IMG/VR virus record: IMGVR_UViG_3300031612_000006
DNA from: an uncultured virus (IMG/VR IMGVR_UViG_3300031612_000006)
Lineage: Duplodnaviria > Heunggongvirae > Uroviricota > Caudoviricetes > Crassvirales
DNA length: 64,000 nucleotides
Strand: one strand, 5' to 3'
The number at the start of each line of letters is the position of its first letter. The first letter of the stretch is position 1. The translations under genes and the position numbers were made by a program. The notes beneath the pieces were generated by a model, which was given only the letters and a program-made list of their open reading frames with translations, searched no databases and had not been told where the DNA came from. Shown piece after piece: positions 38,681 to 49,651 of the stretch.

Positions 38681-40453
38681 TTATTTCTGATTGTAAGCTT
38701 TTTGAATTTGGTCTCTTAATTTGTCAACTTCTACTAAGTGCTGTATAGCTTGTTCTCTATCTACACCTTGACTTACTAAGCCATTAAGGTATAAATCAAA
38801 GAACGACTTAGAATCACCTCTAGTTAGAGCTTCGTGAATCTCAGGGGAAGCGTCAGGGTTAAATAACCTGTTAAGTTCTCCTATACTAGACTCTACATTA
38901 TCTCCACTACCAGATGCTAAAGCTAACAATAAACTTCTAGAAACAACATTACTTGGAGCTAACCCCATTTGCTTCATAGAGTATGATAACTGAGCGTCGT
39001 GATTTTGAAGCTGAGGTTTGATTGATTCAGCTTGAGCGCCAAACGATATAGGCTGAGTGGCAGCAACTGCCTGAGTCTCACCCATACCAGTCTCTGCTGT
39101 GTACCTTCCTAATGCGCTATCAATTCCTTTCTCCTTAGATAGGGTAGCCATTTTCGTAGGGTTCTCAGTGTCAACTTCAATGTAATATCTCTCTTTACCT
39201 GTAAACCAATCGTTATCTTGATATTCCTGCATAAGGACTTGCTCAACATCTTGAGAGTCCCCATCTAAATCTTCTGCTTTAACTAACCTATAACCACCTT
39301 CAGTCTTAACTTTATAACCTAAGTAGACGCCAGCTGGTTGTATAGAACCCATGTCGAAGTTAGCAGGAAGTAAAGCTCCTTCATCATCGTACATTCCTTG
39401 ACCATCAGCAGATACGTTATCAATATAAGTACCGCCTTCAAGGTCAGATATAGCGTTATCTCCGAATTGCATTTGAGCGAACATAAGTTCGTCTCCCTCG
39501 AATCCTCTACTACCTACGATGTCTGTATTCTCTGGTGAAGAGTTTGTACTAAACCTACCTGAATCAAAGTCAGATATAGATTTAGCATACTCATCAGAAC
39601 CTCCTTTAAGTATTTCCGTAGAAACAACCTTTCTCTTAGCTCTTCTGAATTGTTTAGTAATTCTAGAACCGTAAGACTTACCTTGGATAGGTCCATCTAT
39701 TCCACCACCACTACCACCTGAAAGTGCGTTAGCTTTAGTTCCACCAACATATCCAGCAGTGTAGTTAATCAACTGCTCTTCTGTTATGTTCTCAAACTCA
39801 CTTGCAGGTAAGTCGTATTCAATAAGATAATTACTTTTAAATACTCTATAATTATCGTCTGTATTCAAGAATGCCTCAGCCTTATTAGAAGAGCCTTCTA
39901 CGTCTGCTTTCTGAGGTTGAGCCCATTGTTGTAATTGCTTATTAGAGAAAGAATCAATATCTCCATTCATGAATGAATTAAAGTCTCTTCTAGTTTGATT
40001 AGAAATCAAGTGAGCATTCTTACCTTCTGCTCCTTCTAAGGATTCGTAGTAAGATTGAATTTCAGTTGTATTCCCTTTTATCCTTTTAGTTTCATCAGAG
40101 TTAGCGATGTTGTTATAGAAAGTCTGCATAACTTTTCTCCCTCCTGAGTTCATAAACTTAACAGGGTCGTTACCAGATTCTTCTAGTGCTTTCAAAAAAG
40201 TATCTTTCTCTTGGTCGTACAATCCTTGTACCACCTCTTTATCTTCATTCCTTACAGCTATTTGACTAGCTTGACTTTGAATATGTTGCATCCATTCAGC
40301 TAGCTTCTGCTCTTTAGCTTCTGCATCTGCCTGGGCTTGGTTATTCATTTGGACAATCTGCATAGTCTGACCTAACTCAGCTTGCTCTCTATCTCTTCTA
40401 GAACTAGGACCAGCCCAGCCCGATAGAGCACTATTTACTTTAGAATAATCCAT
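38681..40453 (-). CDS. Putative internal virion/ejection protein
   Basis: 590 aa, helical and Q-rich, next to the virion RNAP. Confidence 0.6.
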   Translation of the reverse strand: MDYSKVNSALSGWAGPSSRRDREQAELGQTMQIVQMNNQAQADAEAKEQKLAEWMQHIQSQASQIAVRNEDKEVVQGLYDQEKDTFLKALEESGNDPVKFMNSGGRKVMQTFYNNIANSDETKRIKGNTTEIQSYYESLEGAEGKNAHLISNQTRRDFNSFMNGDIDSFSNKQLQQWAQPQKADVEGSSNKAEAFLNTDDNYRVFKSNYLIEYDLPASEFENITEEQLINYTAGYVGGTKANALSGGSGGGIDGPIQGKSYGSRITKQFRRAKRKVVSTEILKGGSDEYAKSISDFDSGRFSTNSSPENTDIVGSRGFEGDELMFAQMQFGDNAISDLEGGTYIDNVSADGQGMYDDEGALLPANFDMGSIQPAGVYLGYKVKTEGGYRLVKAEDLDGDSQDVEQVLMQEYQDNDWFTGKERYYIEVDTENPTKMATLSKEKGIDSALGRYTAETGMGETQAVAATQPISFGAQAESIKPQLQNHDAQLSYSMKQMGLAPSNVVSRSLLLALASGSGDNVESSIGELNRLFNPDASPEIHEALTRGDSKSFFDLYLNGLVSQGVDREQAIQHLVEVDKLRDQIQKAYNQK

Positions 40454-43135
40454 TTACACGGTTTTGTTTAGTTGTTTTTGTCTAGCCGCCTCATCTTTAG
40501 CCGCCTTAATCTCTGCTGTAGTCTTTCCTTTACTATTATCTCCATTACCAAAATCGTAATCATAATCCTCAGGGTCAACTGTGTCACCACCGCCTCCAAT
40601 CTGCTTCTCTAAAGCTTCTCTCTTCGCTTTCTCAATTAACTCTCTGTTAGGATTCAAATACCAACTAGCATCACTTAATGCGTCAGAAACTAAATTAGAA
40701 CCAATACCAGCTAATGTTTGTCTATTGTTAGACATTGTAGTTTGTCTCATTTGCTCTACAGTCATATCTCTCTGTAACTTCATCTGACCAGCAGAGGAAG
40801 CTATTTGATTGAATTGACCTATATTTTGTCTGTGCAGCGCAGCGTCTGTAGCAGCTAATTGATTCAATCCTTTAATCCTGTTAGCATCAACCACACCTTG
40901 ACCAGCTAAGAACATTCCTCTCTGACCGCCCGATGCTCTAAGAACATTCTTCATAGCTCCAGCGTAGGCATCATTAAGACTATTCATTGCGGCGCTCTTC
41001 TCTGCTGAAGATAATCCAGACTTAGCTAATTGTCTTTGCTTGTCAACAGCCTCCATTATTAGTGGAGATATTTCAGGGACATCAATATCAGGGTCCTTTA
41101 AAGCTTTCGATAAAGATAAGACTCCTGCCGCAGCTTTCAACCCAGAAAGTACTTTTTCTGCGGTTTTCATTCTTTTAACCCTACGAGCGTCTTTGAATTC
41201 TGTCTCTGCTTTTTCTGCGGCTGCCTTTTCTTGAGCCTTTAATAGTTTGTCTGCAGCTGATTTAGTTAAGTTATCCTTTGATTCTTTTAGTAGTCCCTCT
41301 ATATCCTCTTCTTCATCATCATCTTCTTGGTCAGCGAATTCCATAGCCTCACTTCTAGCGACACCATCAGCCAAAGACTTGTCTCCTATAACTTTATCTT
41401 TCTCCCAAGCGTCTAACTTTAATAAAGTAGCTGGGTCGGTTCCTTCATCCCCTACTTTTGCGGCTTTCTGTTGAGCTACAGCTAATCTTGTTGCCACAGC
41501 GTCAAGACCGTCTGTAGCTATCTCTGTAGCTAAATCTGGGTCTGTTTCTGCTAACTCCGAGACTATCCTTTCGTTGTCTAAAATAACGCCTTCAACATCA
41601 ACGTTAGCAGAAACACCTCCTGTTGGGTTTATAGCTTTACTACCTTCTAATTCAAATTGCTCGTTAGCATCATTTATTAAAATCCTAGAATGGAATGATA
41701 AATCATCCGTCATATTCTGATAAGAAGTATCTCTACCTCCAGGATTAAGCGCTTCTAAGTTATTTTGGTACTCATCAGACTTAACGTGAAGAGTGTAAGC
41801 TTCAAGCCTGTCTCTAAGCTTACGTTTACCTTCGTTGGTGTTCATATCCAACCCTTCACTCATGGCTGTTACGATTTGCTTTCTCATTGCTACATTCGAG
41901 AAATCATCATCAACACCAAGCTTCTTACTTTGAAGTCCAGTAGCATTAAGTACTGTATCCATAATTCCAGGAGTACCCAATTTAGACCACTGAACTCTTT
42001 GAGCTTCAGCGAAGTCCGCTACTAAATCATTATCTGATTGGTCTAACTCTCCTGGGGTAGCTATGTCGTGAGTTTCTAAATGATTAACATTACTCTGACT
42101 TAGATTAGTTAATCTATTAGCTTCTCTTTCTTTAGCTTTCTTTTCTTTTTCTGCTTGCCTTAACTCTCTTTTGGTTTTAGCTTTCTTATTAACTTTATCT
42201 ACAGCATTTAATATAACGTCCTCTGGATTATCTGAGTTAGCCCAATCAACTAAACTAGAAACCCCAGTATCAACGTCATCCTGAGATACGCTATAATCCA
42301 CTTCAACTGAATCTTCCTCGTCATCCTCTATCTCTAATTCATCAAGAGTAACCTCTTCTGGGTCGATAGGGTTTCCATCTTCATCGAAGGTAGCTTGATA
42401 ACCAGCAACCTGAGCATCGTTAGCTACACGTAAATCTCTAAGTACTGTTTGATTAGATGTGGAGTCGTTCGTGAAAACCATAGAGTTAAGGTCAGCTTCA
42501 TCGTACTGGTCTTCATCCTCTCTATATAGGTTAAGTCTTTTAAGCCAACCCTTACCGTGCTCAGGGACAGTCCCAGAACCCATGTAAGACTTCTCTCTTT
42601 GATTACTATAGGCTGTATTTACTTCTTCAGCTCCCTTCTCTTCTATAGCTTTATTTAATGCAGTAATAGCTATTTCATTAGTTGAGAAATCTGTAGAAGC
42701 ATCAACCTCATAACCTAAGCCATTTAATACATTTGCTAATGTTTCATGAGTACCCCCACCACCTAAAGTGTAGTTTTGGTTAATCATAGCATCATAAATA
42801 TTTGAAGCTACATCCGCATCCGCTATATCATCAAGATTGTATTTAGTCCAGTATTGAGCCTTAAACGAAGCTTCAACTCCAGCCTTATCTACCTTACCAA
42901 ATTCCTTAGATAACTTATCGAATGACTTTTTAGTTTTAGGTACAGCTTTGCCGTTAGCTGACAACCAGTTACCGAAAGTCTGACCGTATCTAGTCGCAAC
43001 AAAAGTCTTTGAAAGAGCATCATTGCCCTCTACTTCTAAGTAATTACCTGTGTCTTTTTTATCTTTAGATACTCCACCTTCATTACCAGCACTTAATTTA
43101 TGCGCTTTACTGAAATCACCTTTACCGTTACTCAT
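40454..43135 (-). CDS. Ejection protein with N-terminal GH108 lysozyme domain
   Basis: NEGG..D..DTG, T.YG.T, YW, YD..IN and GWLKRL motifs; long helical C-terminus. Confidence 0.75.
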   Translation of the reverse strand: MSNGKGDFSKAHKLSAGNEGGVSKDKKDTGNYLEVEGNDALSKTFVATRYGQTFGNWLSANGKAVPKTKKSFDKLSKEFGKVDKAGVEASFKAQYWTKYNLDDIADADVASNIYDAMINQNYTLGGGGTHETLANVLNGLGYEVDASTDFSTNEIAITALNKAIEEKGAEEVNTAYSNQREKSYMGSGTVPEHGKGWLKRLNLYREDEDQYDEADLNSMVFTNDSTSNQTVLRDLRVANDAQVAGYQATFDEDGNPIDPEEVTLDELEIEDDEEDSVEVDYSVSQDDVDTGVSSLVDWANSDNPEDVILNAVDKVNKKAKTKRELRQAEKEKKAKEREANRLTNLSQSNVNHLETHDIATPGELDQSDNDLVADFAEAQRVQWSKLGTPGIMDTVLNATGLQSKKLGVDDDFSNVAMRKQIVTAMSEGLDMNTNEGKRKLRDRLEAYTLHVKSDEYQNNLEALNPGGRDTSYQNMTDDLSFHSRILINDANEQFELEGSKAINPTGGVSANVDVEGVILDNERIVSELAETDPDLATEIATDGLDAVATRLAVAQQKAAKVGDEGTDPATLLKLDAWEKDKVIGDKSLADGVARSEAMEFADQEDDDEEEDIEGLLKESKDNLTKSAADKLLKAQEKAAAEKAETEFKDARRVKRMKTAEKVLSGLKAAAGVLSLSKALKDPDIDVPEISPLIMEAVDKQRQLAKSGLSSAEKSAAMNSLNDAYAGAMKNVLRASGGQRGMFLAGQGVVDANRIKGLNQLAATDAALHRQNIGQFNQIASSAGQMKLQRDMTVEQMRQTTMSNNRQTLAGIGSNLVSDALSDASWYLNPNRELIEKAKREALEKQIGGGGDTVDPEDYDYDFGNGDNSKGKTTAEIKAAKDEAARQKQLNKTV

Positions 43136-43137
43136 AT

Positions 43138-44898
43138 CTATTTATGTTTCCAAGTTTTCATTTCGTTCTGAACTGCTTCTCCTGCTGCTTGGTATTTGCC
43201 ACCAGACAGTAATCCTTTAAGTTTACCCATGAATGGTTTATCAAATACACCTTCACCTCCAGTCAATTCCATTCCTGTGTCTTGACCGCTTTTATCAACA
43301 ACCTTTAAGGGGTTAGTTGAGTGAGAGTAAGCACCCTTAGTCATTCCTCCTGTTTCGTAATCACTTTCAGCAACATTATTACCAGCCATAATTTTCTTAC
43401 TATACTTATACCCATAGTAAACTTCCTTAGCAGCTATCTTAGCAGCTTCTTGAGCTGTATGACCATACTTTTGTACAATCTTATTTCCAAACTTACTACC
43501 TACCGCAAGCTGCCCATAAAGAGGGACAGCTGCTGCTGTATGAAACGCTAAGTTAGCTAAGTTATCTTTAACTCCTTGAGTGTCTCCTGATAAATAATCG
43601 GTTCCAGCTCTAGCTGTAGATATTCCCATGTTAACGAAATCAGCAGCAACTCCGATGCCTGGATATAATCCAGCGACAGTTAATGTGTCTTGGATTCCGT
43701 CAATAGTAACGCCTTGATTATTTCCTTCGCCTGTATTTCCAGAATTCCCTGAAGTATTAACTTCCTCTCCAGCAATCCTAGAATGACTATCGTTTATAGT
43801 TAACAACTCAGAGTAAGGGTCATACTCTCCTTCTGGAGCGTAATCTAGTATGAATTGCTTTACGCTCGAAGGTTTTTGTGATGTCTCTTTTTTAGGGTCT
43901 ACAGTTCCACCTTCTTTAAATGATTTTGAAGCACTAACCTCAGGCTTCATGTCTAACTGCATTGCTTGAGCATCTCGAACTGAGATACCTTCTTTTTCAG
44001 CCAACACAGTATCAGACTCGTCTCCGTAAACACCAAACTCATTGCCGTAGTTTCTCTTACCAGCCTTAGTCATTAAGGCTCTATAGTCATTTGAAGCGGT
44101 AGCTTTATTGTTAGGCGACTTCATATCTGATACAATATCATTAGCCACCATCTTAGCGTTATTCTTAGCGTCTCTCTTAGCTCCTCTTACAGCTTTAAAT
44201 TTCTGGAAAACATTACCATCACCAGACTTAGCTACATTGATGCTCTTATTTAAGTTCTCAGAATACTCGTCAGTTTTTCTGTACCCTTTAGCTAGGTTTT
44301 TTATGTTACCACCTTTAGCGTACTTATTTATAACTCCACCTTCTTTGTATCCTGCAAATTCCTCTTGGTCTTTCATGAAGGATTCATAACCTTCATTCTG
44401 CTGCTTTTTATTCTCAGCCTTTACAGCTTCCTTTTCTCCTTTATTTTTCTTAAGCATACCCACACCAGCACCAACAAGAGCTCCAACACCCGCACCAATA
44501 GGTCCAGCCATTGCACCCATAGCTGCGTACTTTAATGATTCTTGAGCTATATTTGCGTTGTCGTATTTATCGGGAGTTTTATCAAACTCTCCAACTAATT
44601 CAGAAGCGACTCCAGCAACGGAACCTACAATCCCAGCAGTACCTTCACTACCGAAGCTTGTACCCTTCCTTAGTGTAGACATATCAGACCTTTTACCTTC
44701 TAATCCAGCCTTTTCTAACTCTTTGTAATTACCTTTAAAAAGACCAGTTCCTTGCTCCCTAATTCTAGCAGCCTCTTCTTCATCTTTTAATTCTTGAGTA
44801 GTTTGCCCGCCACCCGAATATTTCTTAGTGTAACCACCCCCATAATAGAGGTCGTTAGCTAATTTGTTTTCTTGTTCTAAGTTTAGATATTTTATCAT
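43138..44898 (-). CDS. Putative internal cargo protein with glycine-zipper TM segments and a PT-TG-like segment
   Basis: GAMAGPIGAGVGALVGAGVG; AGLYPGIGVAADFVN; repeated [FY]xxGG; G..SH..NP...ELTGGE. Confidence 0.6.
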   Translation of the reverse strand: MIKYLNLEQENKLANDLYYGGGYTKKYSGGGQTTQELKDEEEAARIREQGTGLFKGNYKELEKAGLEGKRSDMSTLRKGTSFGSEGTAGIVGSVAGVASELVGEFDKTPDKYDNANIAQESLKYAAMGAMAGPIGAGVGALVGAGVGMLKKNKGEKEAVKAENKKQQNEGYESFMKDQEEFAGYKEGGVINKYAKGGNIKNLAKGYRKTDEYSENLNKSINVAKSGDGNVFQKFKAVRGAKRDAKNNAKMVANDIVSDMKSPNNKATASNDYRALMTKAGKRNYGNEFGVYGDESDTVLAEKEGISVRDAQAMQLDMKPEVSASKSFKEGGTVDPKKETSQKPSSVKQFILDYAPEGEYDPYSELLTINDSHSRIAGEEVNTSGNSGNTGEGNNQGVTIDGIQDTLTVAGLYPGIGVAADFVNMGISTARAGTDYLSGDTQGVKDNLANLAFHTAAAVPLYGQLAVGSKFGNKIVQKYGHTAQEAAKIAAKEVYYGYKYSKKIMAGNNVAESDYETGGMTKGAYSHSTNPLKVVDKSGQDTGMELTGGEGVFDKPFMGKLKGLLSGGKYQAAGEAVQNEMKTWKHK

Positions 44899-47800
44899 CT
44901 TGTAGCTCTGTTATGTATTAATGCACCAAACAATTCTATCTTACCTGTGTTGGTGCTTTTAGCTTGCACTATTAAATATTGTCCTGTCGCTTTTACTGTT
45001 CCTTCTGTATTAGTTATTGGAATAATATGCTTACCATTAGCCATTCTACTACCAGCTCCTGTTGTCGTGAATGGGGTATTGCTTACTGAATCCGTGAATG
45101 TAAAAGTAGTGAATTTTTCTTCGTTTTCATTTCCAGATAAATACATAACAAGTTTATCGAACTTCTTAGAGCTGTACACGTTTTCATTACAAACAAAGGT
45201 AACGTCTAAGCTGTTAGTGTTTTCTGTACCGTAATAACTAATACGACTTGAGTTAGAGTTTTCTCTCCAAAGGATGTTATTGTATTGAGCTGCTATATCG
45301 TTTGAGTTTCTACCGATTGTAATTAACTCTCCTGGCATATTAACAGCTAAAGCTACTATATCCTCCTTTTTAGTTACCATAACGTCATTAAGCTCGCTAT
45401 ACACTAAGTGAGCCTGAACCGTTTTATCGCTAGTGGTAACACATACCCCCACCTCGTCAAATATCTTATTGTGATATAAACAAATACCTCCAACAGAAAT
45501 ATCAAGAGGTTTGTCTGCGATAGATAAATCCCTTAAGCTATGGAATATATTTGAGTTCTGTGTTGTTATACCTAAATCCTGAACAGCAACACCTTGACCG
45601 TAAACCAACTTACAGAAAGAGGACATGTGACCATCATACCAATAAGCCGAAGTATTAGTAACGAGCATGTTATTAAAATGCTGACTACCATACATAGTGT
45701 CAATGTAATCACTCCTTTGTATTACCTGACCTGTTCCCGTGACTATGGTTACAGCTGCAGCGTCTGCGTTATCTGCAACTACCCTAGGGTTTACAGAAAG
45801 CTTAGATACTCCGTTTTGTTGTACGGCAAATAATTCATTTCTTAAATTAAAGATGCTATATATAGCTCCTTTGTTACTATCTAGTTCATGTATCTCACCT
45901 GAATCCCAAGTAGTAAATGCATCAAATAAATTACCCGCCAACTTCAAGTTAGAGGCTGCAACTAGGTTGCTATATCCATTTACATCTTTAAAGCTTGCTG
46001 GCTTCTGTAAGAAAGTTTTACTTGTATTCCTAGAGCCATACGTCTCATTAAGGAAGAAATTATCTTCCACGGAAGCTTGAGTATCATCGGTTGCCCCGAA
46101 GAACACCCCATCTCTTAAGTCTATATTTATACTTGACTCTACTGGGAATACTATCGCAGTAGCAGGGAAAGGTTTAGATGAAAAAGTAGTAGCACCCACA
46201 AACCACTTCTTTAAAGAGTGCATGTTAATGTAAGTGTCTCCACCAAATATAGAATCAACGTTATCAGCTGTCGGTGAGAATCTAACATGACCAGTGGAAA
46301 TGTATTGATTTGACTCGTAATTAGACTGAGAACTACCACCGTATTGTACGGCTGATACGTCTCTTTTTAGTTGAACATATAACTTAGAGGCAAAAGCAGC
46401 CTGGTGAGGTCTGTTAGTGTCTGCCCTGTTTAAAACAAAAGGACTGTAAGTATACATATCGGGTGTCCCTATTTCAAAAGCTGAATGCTTTATCTCGTCT
46501 CCAGAGTCTGGTCCTAAACTAAAAAATAGAGATGTTATACCGAATAAAGTAACAGCGTTGTCTGCATTTATTTCATTTGAATTGTATTTTTTATATGACG
46601 TCCCAGTGTAGCCTTCAGGGAATTGAGAAAACACATAACTACCATAATTGAATCTGCATCTATTTAAAAAGTTATGACCAGTTCTTCCTGTTCCATGGTC
46701 ATCAAACCCCATTCTAGCTTTATCTATAGACGCTCCTGGAGCTACTACAGCCCCATATTCTACCTCTTTAATGTCTTCACCTTTATCCACCTTTCTAACG
46801 TGTTCAATACTTGACTTGTATTGACTGTAGATTACTTTCTGGCTATATTGATAGCAGTTATTGTTAGTACTTGTGTTTGGATTGAATCTACCTGAAAGGA
46901 TGCTGCCTGTGCTATTAGAATCTAACCCGTTACCTATACCTTGTTTTAAATGCTTAAAGTCACCTTGATTAGTTACCGTATTATCGTAAGGGAAACTCTC
47001 GTCATTTAATTCCTGAGCTCCAGCATCAAACCTACCTACTACCTTTATTTTATCTCCACTTTTCTTTTCATACTGAAGCTTACCTAATACTATTTCTGGA
47101 GTATCTAAAGTGAAATCAGAATCAGATAAGCATTCATGGTCTTGTCTTCCAGAGTAAATATTACCATAGTGGTGACCGTTTTTATGTCTTAACGTACCAT
47201 TACCAGAATTGTTTGAGTGTATAATAGATTGATTTATAACACCAGAAGCTAAGACAGATTTATCTAATTGCTTTCTGTCTACCCTAACTATAGAATACCC
47301 CCCTATCTTGGCTCTTGTAGCTGCCGATAGTTTTACATTAAACTGAGGGTACAAAGCAAACCCTTTAACGTCATCTGTTGGTGTATCGAACGTTATAGTT
47401 GTCGCTGGTCCTGTAGAAGTAGCAGGTCTAGATAAAGTTACACTATGACCATCAGCCGCAACATCACTAACTGTAGTGTGTTGAGGTATGCCACTCCCTG
47501 AAACTACATCATGCAAATTAACTCCAATACCACCGTCTGTTTTAGTTATCACAGAACTAGACATAACAACACCCCAACTATAACTCCTCTTAGGTATATT
47601 ACCTGCGTGCTTAAATGTAGTTACGCCATCTTCATTAGCTGAAACTATATTACCCGAAGAGTCATTGCTAAAGTAATCCATTGTTCCGTCAGGCATTCTA
47701 ATATCACCTATAGGGTTGACAAAAGTAGGGTTACCTGCTTTGTCGTAAAATAATATACCAAACCTGTAAACCTCACCCCTCTGGTATCCCGTATAATCTT

Positions 47801-49649
47801 TAGTGAATAAAGGGTTCTTATAATTGTTATACCCACCTACTTGAGTTTGTTCTAAAAACCCGTAATGAGGTACTTTACCTACCGTTGTTTCTGCTTTATG
47901 GACGTTAGAATCATCGTTTAATGTTTCAGAGTTGTTGAAATATTGAACTTTACTTAAATCAAATGTTTTTGTAGCAAAAGTTACCCTTACGCCATCTTCA
48001 GAAGCATCAAACCCTACGGTCTCTGCTCCAGGAATTTTACCTGTATCTACAGCATTAATCCATCCATAATTACCATCCTCATACATCGTGTCTCTATGTA
48101 TGTCTGGATTTGAGGTTCCATTATACGTTGATGCAGAACCAGTTCCATCCATAGCGTACTTATAAGACTTTACTCTAAAATCTAAATCCACAGACTCTGC
48201 GTTGTTTTTTAGATTTGCAGCAAATAACCTATTATCTTTTATGGCTAAATCAGCGCACGTATCCCAACTAACATGACTCCTAAGTAGTTCTCCTACAGAT
48301 ATTGAAGTCGTAGTTTCATTTCCGTTATGAGTGTAACTAAATGATTCTGAGGTTATTACACTCTCAGATATTATATCTGCAATTATAGCTCCTTCAGCAG
48401 AAGTGTAAGTTATGTTTATGATTTGTATAGTACTATAAGACCCATCAATTCCGTTTACGGTTAATTGTACTGCATTTGATGAATTCGTACTTAAACTACC
48501 ACCAAGCGATTCGTGGTAATCCGTAAGTGGATTTGTCTTTAGTATTTGTATAGGGTTAGTTATCCCAGAAACCCTTGATGACTTACCATCTGTAGTAACC
48601 AACCTATAACAGTAAGAATGAGAACCACAACTAACGTTACCACCACTAACGATACCAACAACATCAGGAGCTTCTAATTGAGCAGCCTTGAATACGTTTA
48701 AATCGTTTGCAGATAAATTTGAGTAATAAGAAGGTGATTCTTTTAAGTTTAAAGTCCTAAGTGGTTGCACTCCATCTGTCCAGTAAATTCTATGGAAATG
48801 CTCATTTTCTTCAGAGACCTCCATTCTAATAGATGTCTTATCCACTAAACCTAAATTAGCCTGAAGCATTAGTGTTCGTGAATAAAGACTACCGTCCGTG
48901 TTTTGAGTGAATTTAAATATAGCATCATCTCCACCACCATTAGATGAGGTGGTTATAGCAATCATGTAATCAGAGAAATTAGCTAATGCAACAACATCGT
49001 AAATAACAGCAGGATAAGAAATTGCAGTATACCCATTAACAATCGCTAAAGGGAAGTAGTCATAAACAAAATCAGAATTTTCTACATAACCTATATACGC
49101 ACTAAAGCTTAATGTAATAGCTGTACTACCAGGACTACTGTATGTTACACTGTAAGAGTCGTCCTCGTTAGCAGAGAATGATATACTAGTAGCGTCAGAC
49201 ACAGACTCACTAGCTAAAGCCATTTGAACACACGCAACTACGAAAATTGAATCAGGTGTTATTCCAGATAAATCAACAACGTAACCTTCGAATAGACCAG
49301 CCCAAGAACCTAACGCTTCACCTACAACAAAAGAGAAGGTTTCTGTAACAAAACCATTATCACCACTTACAGTAAGCTGAAAGCCACTAAAGGTAGCTGA
49401 AGGTAGGTTAACTATATCAGAGTTTTCTAATATTGAAGAATCAGAGAAAGTTACTACTTGCTCGCTTATGTTTATAGTATCAAATACAGAGTTTCCTTCA
49501 GCGTTCTTTAAAACAAATGAATCATCCTCTCTACTTATAAGTCTAGCGTTTGTTGCTGATTTATAGTTTTCAGCAGGTATTATGTTAGCATCTAAATCGG
49601 ACATCATTCCCTTAGAGAATGAATTCGGTTTCTTAGGAGATTGAGCCAT
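44895..49649 (-). CDS. Tail stabilisation / muzzle protein (crAss-like)
   Basis: NSFSKGM.SD, RIYWTDG..PLR.LN, IKDNRLFAAN, GYQRGEVYRFGI.FY, FGGDTYI and YGSQH motifs. Confidence 0.8.
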   Translation of the reverse strand: MAQSPKKPNSFSKGMMSDLDANIIPAENYKSATNARLISREDDSFVLKNAEGNSVFDTINISEQVVTFSDSSILENSDIVNLPSATFSGFQLTVSGDNGFVTETFSFVVGEALGSWAGLFEGYVVDLSGITPDSIFVVACVQMALASESVSDATSISFSANEDDSYSVTYSSPGSTAITLSFSAYIGYVENSDFVYDYFPLAIVNGYTAISYPAVIYDVVALANFSDYMIAITTSSNGGGDDAIFKFTQNTDGSLYSRTLMLQANLGLVDKTSIRMEVSEENEHFHRIYWTDGVQPLRTLNLKESPSYYSNLSANDLNVFKAAQLEAPDVVGIVSGGNVSCGSHSYCYRLVTTDGKSSRVSGITNPIQILKTNPLTDYHESLGGSLSTNSSNAVQLTVNGIDGSYSTIQIINITYTSAEGAIIADIISESVITSESFSYTHNGNETTTSISVGELLRSHVSWDTCADLAIKDNRLFAANLKNNAESVDLDFRVKSYKYAMDGTGSASTYNGTSNPDIHRDTMYEDGNYGWINAVDTGKIPGAETVGFDASEDGVRVTFATKTFDLSKVQYFNNSETLNDDSNVHKAETTVGKVPHYGFLEQTQVGGYNNYKNPLFTKDYTGYQRGEVYRFGILFYDKAGNPTFVNPIGDIRMPDGTMDYFSNDSSGNIVSANEDGVTTFKHAGNIPKRSYSWGVVMSSSVITKTDGGIGVNLHDVVSGSGIPQHTTVSDVAADGHSVTLSRPATSTGPATTITFDTPTDDVKGFALYPQFNVKLSAATRAKIGGYSIVRVDRKQLDKSVLASGVINQSIIHSNNSGNGTLRHKNGHHYGNIYSGRQDHECLSDSDFTLDTPEIVLGKLQYEKKSGDKIKVVGRFDAGAQELNDESFPYDNTVTNQGDFKHLKQGIGNGLDSNSTGSILSGRFNPNTSTNNNCYQYSQKVIYSQYKSSIEHVRKVDKGEDIKEVEYGAVVAPGASIDKARMGFDDHGTGRTGHNFLNRCRFNYGSYVFSQFPEGYTGTSYKKYNSNEINADNAVTLFGITSLFFSLGPDSGDEIKHSAFEIGTPDMYTYSPFVLNRADTNRPHQAAFASKLYVQLKRDVSAVQYGGSSQSNYESNQYISTGHVRFSPTADNVDSIFGGDTYINMHSLKKWFVGATTFSSKPFPATAIVFPVESSINIDLRDGVFFGATDDTQASVEDNFFLNETYGSRNTSKTFLQKPASFKDVNGYSNLVAASNLKLAGNLFDAFTTWDSGEIHELDSNKGAIYSIFNLRNELFAVQQNGVSKLSVNPRVVADNADAAAVTIVTGTGQVIQRSDYIDTMYGSQHFNNMLVTNTSAYWYDGHMSSFCKLVYGQGVAVQDLGITTQNSNIFHSLRDLSIADKPLDISVGGICLYHNKIFDEVGVCVTTSDKTVQAHLVYSELNDVMVTKKEDIVALAVNMPGELITIGRNSNDIAAQYNNILWRENSNSSRISYYGTENTNSLDVTFVCNENVYSSKKFDKLVMYLSGNENEEKFTTFTFTDSVSNTPFTTTGAGSRMANGKHIIPITNTEGTVKATGQYLIVQAKSTNTGKIELFGALIHNRATR

Positions 49650-49651
49650 TG

